NCBI GenBank assembly: GCA_041738755.1
Contig: JBGSPE010000005.1
Coordinates: forward strand, 143,872 to 207,871
Direction: 5' to 3'
Length of the DNA stretch: 64,000 nt
Source: Minisyncoccia bacterium
GTDB taxonomy: Bacteria > Patescibacteriota > Minisyncoccia > Phycocordibacterales > UBA918
A program made the translations under genes and the position numbers. Under the pieces are notes generated by a model. It ran no database searches and had not been told where the DNA came from. It was given only the letters and a program-made list of their open reading frames with translations. Below, piece by piece: positions 58,404-64,000 of the stretch. The stretch's first letter is position 1, and each line of letters starts with the position of its first letter.

Positions 58404-59192
58404 ATGGCTGAATACACGTACAAATACAACCCAGACCGAAAAGCAGAGTGGAACTATGGTGGTGATAAGTGGAAACTGTCGCGCTCGAAAATAGATTTTT
58501 TTATTGAGTGTCCGCGCTGTTTTTATCTTGATAACAAACTTGGTACCAAGCGACCAGGTTTTCCATCATTCAATCTCAACATCGCTGTTGATGAGCTCTT
58601 CAAGAAAGAATTTGATGTACACCGACTAGCTAAAACAGCTCACCCGATTATGGTGAAGTACGGGCTTGATGCTGTACCGTTTGTCCACAAAGAGCTCGAT
58701 AGTTGGCGAGACCCGTTTGTCGGTATTATGCATACTGATGAATCAACTGGGTTGGTCGTGAGTGGGGGAGTTGACGATATATGGGTAAAACCTGACGGGT
58801 CACTGATTATCGTAGACTACAAAGCGACTTCAAAAGAAGGAAGGATTGAATCACTGGGCGATAGTCCGTGGGAAAAGCAATATGCGAGACAACTCGGTGT
58901 ATACCGTTGGCTATTAGAGCAAAACGGTTTTACTGTTAATCCAGTCGGTTATTTGGTCTATGCCAACGCCGACAAAAGCCTCGATGGCTTTGACGACAAA
59001 CTTATCTTTGAAACAACTCTGGTGACCGTTGAAACTGAAGTAGATTGGATACAAGATACCTTAACCAATATTAAAGCTACTCTTGAATCAAAGTCGTTAC
59101 CGGGAATTGGTTCAGCCTGCGAGTTCTGTCCCTACCGTGAAGCGGCTGGTAAGAAACTACAAGCAATCCATCTCGCTAATAAAACGAAGTAG
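58404..59192 (+). CDS. PD-(D/E)XK nuclease (RecB/AddB-like, PDDEXK_1)
   Basis: LSRSKI..F..CPRCFY, GGVDD, IVDYKAT, QL..Y, CEFCPY. Confidence 0.85.
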   Translation: MAEYTYKYNPDRKAEWNYGGDKWKLSRSKIDFFIECPRCFYLDNKLGTKRPGFPSFNLNIAVDELFKKEFDVHRLAKTAHPIMVKYGLDAVPFVHKELDSWRDPFVGIMHTDESTGLVVSGGVDDIWVKPDGSLIIVDYKATSKEGRIESLGDSPWEKQYARQLGVYRWLLEQNGFTVNPVGYLVYANADKSLDGFDDKLIFETTLVTVETEVDWIQDTLTNIKATLESKSLPGIGSACEFCPYREAAGKKLQAIHLANKTK

Positions 59193-59194
59193 GT

Positions 59195-59452
59195 ATGACT
59201 GACTTCACTGAACACGTGAGAACAGTAGTACGTAAAATTCCTCGTGGTTCAGTGATGACGTACAGAGAAGTGGCGAATGCATGCGGGCGGCCTTTGGCCG
59301 CCCGCGCCGTAGCCAACATTATGGCAAAAAACTTCGATCCAACCGTACCCTGTCATCGAGTCATTCGAAGTGATGGTAGTGCAGGAGGGTATAATCGCGG
59401 TGGAGCAGTGGTTAAACAACGTTTGTTAGCCGACGAAGGTGTTGTACTATAA
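59195..59452 (+). CDS. Single-domain O6-methylguanine-DNA methyltransferase (MGMT/Ogt C-terminal domain)
   Basis: IPRG.V.TY..VA, AARAV, PCHRV active site. Confidence 0.9.
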   Translation: MTDFTEHVRTVVRKIPRGSVMTYREVANACGRPLAARAVANIMAKNFDPTVPCHRVIRSDGSAGGYNRGGAVVKQRLLADEGVVL

Positions 59453-59474
59453 AGATTATCTGTAAGTTTTATGT

Positions 59475-60071
59475 ATGTACTCCTATAAAGTGGAACAAGC
59501 CATTCGAGCCGCGACCATCCTGCATCAAGACCAGCTCCGGAAGGGTTCTGTTCCACTCCCGTATATTTCTCACCTAATCGCGACAACGTTTATTTTGTCT
59601 GACTACACGCAAGACGAAGATACGATTGTTGCCGCTCTCCTTCACGACACCCTGGAAGATACTGACTACACAGCCGAAGAGATGCTTGAAGACTTTGGTG
59701 GCCCTGTCACCGAAATTGTTTTAGCGGTCACTGAACCGAAATCACAAAATGGTGAAAAATTACCATGGATTGAAAAAAAACGACTGTATGCAAAGCAGTT
59801 ACGAAGTGGTCCCGAAGCGGCACTCTTGATTGCAGCAGCCGACAAATCCCATAATTTTCGTACTACGGTAGAAGAGTATCACGATGACCATAAGCGATTT
59901 GTGGAGGACTTTGGACCCCGAGTGACCGAACGACTTGAAGGGTACCAACTGATTGCCAACGTTATCAATAGCCGCCTCAAAAATGCTATAGTACACGAGT
60001 TTAATCATACGTTTACCGAATTTAAGCAATTTCTTACCGATGTCGAAAAAACCCTCAACCGCTTTGAATAA
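59475..60071 (+). CDS. HD-domain hydrolase (Mesh1/small alarmone hydrolase-like), copy 2
   Basis: H..Q.RKG...PYI.H, AALLHDTLEDT, AADKSHN. Confidence 0.85.
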   Translation: MYSYKVEQAIRAATILHQDQLRKGSVPLPYISHLIATTFILSDYTQDEDTIVAALLHDTLEDTDYTAEEMLEDFGGPVTEIVLAVTEPKSQNGEKLPWIEKKRLYAKQLRSGPEAALLIAAADKSHNFRTTVEEYHDDHKRFVEDFGPRVTERLEGYQLIANVINSRLKNAIVHEFNHTFTEFKQFLTDVEKTLNRFE

Positions 60072-61356
60072 TCCAATTGTTCCTGGCTTCCGTCACACCC
60101 AAACTGCCGCTGATATTCACGAATACGTACTCACCAAAAATGGCCTTCGAGTGCTGTACTATGCTCGGCCGGGCACGAGTGTTATTACCACCAATATTCT
60201 CTATTTTGTTGGTGCTAAAGATGAAATGCCGGGTGAGACTGGGCTCGCGCACATGCTAGAGCATATGCTGTTTAAGCCAACCACATTTGATATTGCTGCT
60301 GGAATCGACAGTGCAGCAATGCAATTTGAACGGGAGACTGGCTGCCTCTTAAATGCCACCACCTGGAAAGAGCGAACGCATTACTATTTTAGTTATCCTG
60401 CGCAAAATTTTGAACGAGCTTTGAGAATCGAAGCTGAACGGATGCAAGGTGTAGTTTTAACAGACGAATCACTCAAGCCTGAGCGCGACAATGTCTTGAG
60501 TGAGCATGACATGAATGATGCCGATCCAATGACAGCCTTAGCAGTCGCCATGGTGAGCGCAGCTTTTTTCAACCACCCCTACGGTCACGAGACCATTGGC
60601 TATCGTGAAGATATTGAGGATTTTACGGCCGCTAAACTAGAGACGTTTTATCGTACGTTCTACCGACCTGATAATGCAGTCCTGATGATTCTAGGGGATA
60701 TTGAATTACAGACAGCTCTCACTAAAATAAAGCGCCATTTCGGTAAACTTACCAATCCGCCGCTGCCACTGGTACGTCGCCACGCTAGAGAACCAAAGCA
60801 AGAAGGTATTCGTACCGTGACGGTTGAACGACCATCAGAGAAAAATATTCTCTCAATTGGCTTCAAGCATGCAGGGTTTCCCAGCCACGATTGGTTTACC
60901 ACCAGTGCACTTCTCGATATTCTGGCCGGTAATACTGAAAGTGTTCTGTATAAAGCCTTGGTAGACACACACAAAGCCACGAGCATAGAAGCATTTATGG
61001 AACCAACTTCGGACGTTAACCTCGGCTTCATTACTATCAATGCAGCACCAGGAGTCTCTCTCAAAGAGCTGGAGAATAAAGCGCTCTCACTACTACGGAC
61101 CCTCTCAATAGAAACCATCACACCGCTCCTAAAAAAAGTTAAAGCCCAGATGCTTACAAGCGATGCGTTTAAACGCGATAGCAGCCTTGGTATGGCTCAG
61201 GAACTTACAGAATACGCTGCCGCTGGCGACTGGACACAATATACAAAAACTCCAAGTGTTCTTGAAAAAATCACCCCCAAGCACGTTCTACAAATGACTT
61301 GGAAAGTATTCGTTCCAAACAATCTCACTATTGGTTATTTCATTGGTAAAAAATAA
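60040..61356 (+). CDS. M16 family zinc peptidase, catalytic subunit
   Basis: GLAHMLEHMLF (HxxEH), NATT, HPYG..TIG, FY..FYRPDNA. Confidence 0.92.
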   Translation: MSKKPSTALNNPIVPGFRHTQTAADIHEYVLTKNGLRVLYYARPGTSVITTNILYFVGAKDEMPGETGLAHMLEHMLFKPTTFDIAAGIDSAAMQFERETGCLLNATTWKERTHYYFSYPAQNFERALRIEAERMQGVVLTDESLKPERDNVLSEHDMNDADPMTALAVAMVSAAFFNHPYGHETIGYREDIEDFTAAKLETFYRTFYRPDNAVLMILGDIELQTALTKIKRHFGKLTNPPLPLVRRHAREPKQEGIRTVTVERPSEKNILSIGFKHAGFPSHDWFTTSALLDILAGNTESVLYKALVDTHKATSIEAFMEPTSDVNLGFITINAAPGVSLKELENKALSLLRTLSIETITPLLKKVKAQMLTSDAFKRDSSLGMAQELTEYAAAGDWTQYTKTPSVLEKITPKHVLQMTWKVFVPNNLTIGYFIGKK

Positions 61357-61362
61357 ATCTCT

Positions 61363-62655
61363 ATGCAGTATCACCTTACGGAATCACAGAGCTGTTCAAT
61401 CGCACACATCACCTCCACAGAGGTTAATACGGTGGTTATGTACCTTTCGGTTGATATTCACAGCGCTCTCGCAAAAGAACTGAGCGCAACAGCATTGCTC
61501 TACACTGACGTTATTACTGCCGGAGCCGGTACTTTGAGTCGCGACCAATTCACTGATGCACAAAATCAGCTAGGTGCTGTTATCTCTGTTAGTGTCGCTG
61601 ATAATCTGGTGACATTTACCATTAAGTGCCGCAAAGCTGTTCTAAACAAAACCCTGGCTCTCTTTTCACTTATACTGCATGATCCGACCTTTTCCACCAG
61701 TGAAATTAATCGTGCTAAGCGCACTCTCAGTAATCAATTAGCTGCGAGCAAAGAGGAGGGAAGAGCGATTGCCCAGTATGAGCTTAAAAATCAGTTTTAT
61801 GATGAAACTGATCGACACTACCAAATTGATGAAGACACCCTACAAACTAACCTTAAAACCATTACGGCAGCAAAACTACGAAACCTCCATATTGCTATTA
61901 CGAGACGTCTCTGGACAGTTAGTAGTGCTGGTGATGTGAGCAACAACCGAGCGGTAAAACAAACTATTCACAAACTTAAAGAAACTTTTGGTACTGAAGC
62001 TCACGTAACTCCACATACGTCATTACGAGCCTATGTACCGAAGGTAGTTGAGCGGGTGATTCCCGGCCAACAAAACATTGAGTTTAGTATTGGAGGACCC
62101 CTCTCAACCACCGTTAAGCATGATGACTACGCCGCACTCACCGTTGCTTTGGCAGTCCTCGGTATGTGGGGAGGCTTTACTGGTCGACTCATGAGCACCG
62201 TACGTGAAGCGGAAGGACTTACGTATAGTATTTATGCACGAACCGAAGGATTTTATCGAGAAGAGCAAGGGTGCTGGCGGATTATGACTTTCTTCTCACC
62301 GCAACAGACACAGACCGGGCTACAATCAACCTTTCGTGAAATCACAAAACTTTACAATGAAGGTGTTACCGAGGTAGAGCTGAAAAAATTTAAAACCATC
62401 TTGGGGACCAGACAATCATTACTGAGCGATTCGTTGCTCTCACAACTTCGAGTTCTTCATGGTTACCACCTACAAGGCTACTCTCTTGAAGAAATGGAAG
62501 CAGATAAAAAACGTATTCAATCAGTTACCCTCGAGGCTGTTCAATCAGCTATAAAGACGTATCTTAATCCTCAGCACCTCAGCATCAGTGCGGCTGGCCC
62601 TATCAACAAAACGACAGAACGCGAACTACGCGCTTTCCTTAGTAGTGTGTCATAA
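61363..62655 (+). CDS. M16 peptidase partner subunit (non-catalytic)
   Basis: No HxxEH; GGF.GRLM..VRE.EGLTYSI motif. Confidence 0.85.
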   Translation: MQYHLTESQSCSIAHITSTEVNTVVMYLSVDIHSALAKELSATALLYTDVITAGAGTLSRDQFTDAQNQLGAVISVSVADNLVTFTIKCRKAVLNKTLALFSLILHDPTFSTSEINRAKRTLSNQLAASKEEGRAIAQYELKNQFYDETDRHYQIDEDTLQTNLKTITAAKLRNLHIAITRRLWTVSSAGDVSNNRAVKQTIHKLKETFGTEAHVTPHTSLRAYVPKVVERVIPGQQNIEFSIGGPLSTTVKHDDYAALTVALAVLGMWGGFTGRLMSTVREAEGLTYSIYARTEGFYREEQGCWRIMTFFSPQQTQTGLQSTFREITKLYNEGVTEVELKKFKTILGTRQSLLSDSLLSQLRVLHGYHLQGYSLEEMEADKKRIQSVTLEAVQSAIKTYLNPQHLSISAAGPINKTTERELRAFLSSVS

Positions 62656-62663
62656 TTGCTGAT

Positions 62664-62939
62664 ATGAATCTTTTATTTTGGGGCCTTACTGTTAGTGTAC
62701 TGGGAAAAATTTTGGTAGCGGTAGGTATTTTGCGAGTCCACTATGTAATGGCAATGGAACAAAGAATCGACGAGAAAGTGATTCGGTCCTTTGCCTTTGA
62801 AAAGACGCTGACCTATATCGGAATTTTGCTTGTGATACTCGGATATTTCCTTGAAGTATACTTCTACGGCCTGACGCCACTTCTGACCTGCTCAGCCGAA
62901 GAATGTGCTGACATGGCAGCTGTCATACTTTCACAATAG
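62664..62939 (+). CDS. Small two-TM membrane protein
   Basis: Two hydrophobic helices; -10 seven nt upstream. Confidence 0.65.
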   Translation: MNLLFWGLTVSVLGKILVAVGILRVHYVMAMEQRIDEKVIRSFAFEKTLTYIGILLVILGYFLEVYFYGLTPLLTCSAEECADMAAVILSQ

Positions 62940-62989
62940 TCATAATTTTTGCTATAGTGAGCCTTCAATAGTAATAATAGCTATATTTT

Positions 62990-64000
62990 ATGAGTGGAAA
63001 TGAAGTCAGACAGCGATATATCGCGTACTTAGAAAAGAACGGACACGCGGTCATTCCGTCTGATTATTTGGTGCCACTCAATGATCCAACCACGCTCTTT
63101 ACCGGTAGTGGTATGCAGCCGCTCATCCCATACCTCATGGGCGAGAGTCACCCAAAGGGTGTTAGATTGGTGAATTCACAAAAATGTTTTCGGGCTGAAG
63201 ATATCGAAGAAGTGGGAGACAACCGACATACCACTTTCTTTGAAATGCTCGGCAACTGGTCACTCGGAGACTATTTCAAAAAGGAACAACTTCGTTTTTT
63301 CTTTACCTTTTTAGTTGACGAAGTTGGACTCGACCCCGAAAAAATCTATATTTCTGTGTTTGCTGGTGATGAATCACTCGGTATTCCAGCCGACGAAGAA
63401 GCGGTCGCCATCTGGCAAGAACTTTTCAAAGAACGAGGCCTTGAAGCCAAAGCCGTACATATTGGAAGTGAGGAGCGGGGCTATGAAGTCGGCATGCAGG
63501 GTGGGCGAATTTTCTATTATGACGCAGGTAAGAACTGGTGGAGTCGTTCTGGTAAACCAGCTAAAATGCCCGCTGGAGAGATTGGTGGCCCTGATAGCGA
63601 AGTCTTTTATGACTTTGGTCCCGAATTTGCTACTGATGAACGCTACAACAAGCTTGCCGCACACCCCAATAGTGACTCAGGCCAGTTTGTAGAGATTGGT
63701 AACTCTGTATTCATTGAATACATTAAACAAGCCGATGGTAGCTTTACAAAACTACCGCAACAAAATGTTGACTTTGGTGGGGGACTAGAGCGTATTGCTG
63801 CTGCAAGCAACAACAACCCTGACGTTTTTAAAGTCGACTTACTGTGGAATGTTGTAAACCAAATCGAATCTCTTTCAGGCAAACAATACGATGACTATTT
63901 GGTTGAGTTTCGAGTGGTGACAGACCACATCAGAGGAGCAGTGTTCTTAATGAGTGACGGCGTCATGCCAGGAAATAGTGACCAAGCATACTTTGTCCGA
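62990..64000 (+). CDS. alaS: Alanine--tRNA ligase (partial; runs off the window and is missing from the ORF track)
   Basis: Own translation: DPTTLFTGSGMQPL, NSQKCFR, DIEEVGDNRHTTFFEMLGNWSLGDYFK, EIGNSVF, VDFGGGLER, DHIR. Confidence 0.96.
   Translation, partial: MSGNEVRQRYIAYLEKNGHAVIPSDYLVPLNDPTTLFTGSGMQPLIPYLMGESHPKGVRLVNSQKCFRAEDIEEVGDNRHTTFFEMLGNWSLGDYFKKEQLRFFFTFLVDEVGLDPEKIYISVFAGDESLGIPADEEAVAIWQELFKERGLEAKAVHIGSEERGYEVGMQGGRIFYYDAGKNWWSRSGKPAKMPAGEIGGPDSEVFYDFGPEFATDERYNKLAAHPNSDSGQFVEIGNSVFIEYIKQADGSFTKLPQQNVDFGGGLERIAAASNNNPDVFKVDLLWNVVNQIESLSGKQYDDYLVEFRVVTDHIRGAVFLMSDGVMPGNSDQAYFVR

Noticed and set aside
58404-59192. Cas4 / CRISPR adaptation gene
   Set aside because: No cas1/cas2 or array in the window; a generic PD-(D/E)XK nuclease call is sufficient.
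63315-63882. Short ORFs listed at the right edge
   Set aside because: They overlap the alaS frame starting at 62990, which the ORF track missed because it has no stop in the window.
1-64000. Alternative genetic code (UGA=Gly, code 25)
   Set aside because: Conserved genes are full length under code 11 and TGA ends genes at expected positions (FKBP, mnmA).

Overview
This 64-kb window looks like chromosomal DNA from a reduced-genome bacterium. The gene repertoire and typical hypothetical families suggest Patescibacteria/CPR, Parcubacteria-like (inference; standard code 11). Housekeeping genes include tgt, uvrB/uvrA/uvrC, ddl, ychF, leuS, mltG, mnmA and a partial alaS, plus tRNA-Ala(TGC) and tRNA-Ala(GGC), an RND pump and two SppA paralogs. 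The most notable non-routine signals are: (1) a composite defence island (Dam/DpnM-like MTase, GmrSD/SspE-like DUF262-DUF1524 protein, unusual PD-(D/E)XK nuclease, DpnA-like MTase, T5orf172 GIY-YIG nuclease) next to a surface-protein pair; (2) non-coding mini-elements 3' of both tRNA-Ala genes that share a hairpin with a GAGCGAAGCGAA-type loop, one bounded by a 25-bp duplicated tRNA 3' end; (3) two classes of expression signal, with most genes apparently leaderless and some accessory cassettes carrying TTGACN-16bp-(-10), a Shine-Dalgarno site and their own terminator; (4) a two-component module with a giant membrane-anchored protein inside the uvr cluster; (5) a dioxygenase gene broken by an exact 13-bp tandem duplication; (6) a candidate structured RNA upstream of an ATP-cone/Mrr gene. 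No CRISPR array, integrase, transposase or rRNA was seen. All family calls come from motif recognition by eye, not database searches.
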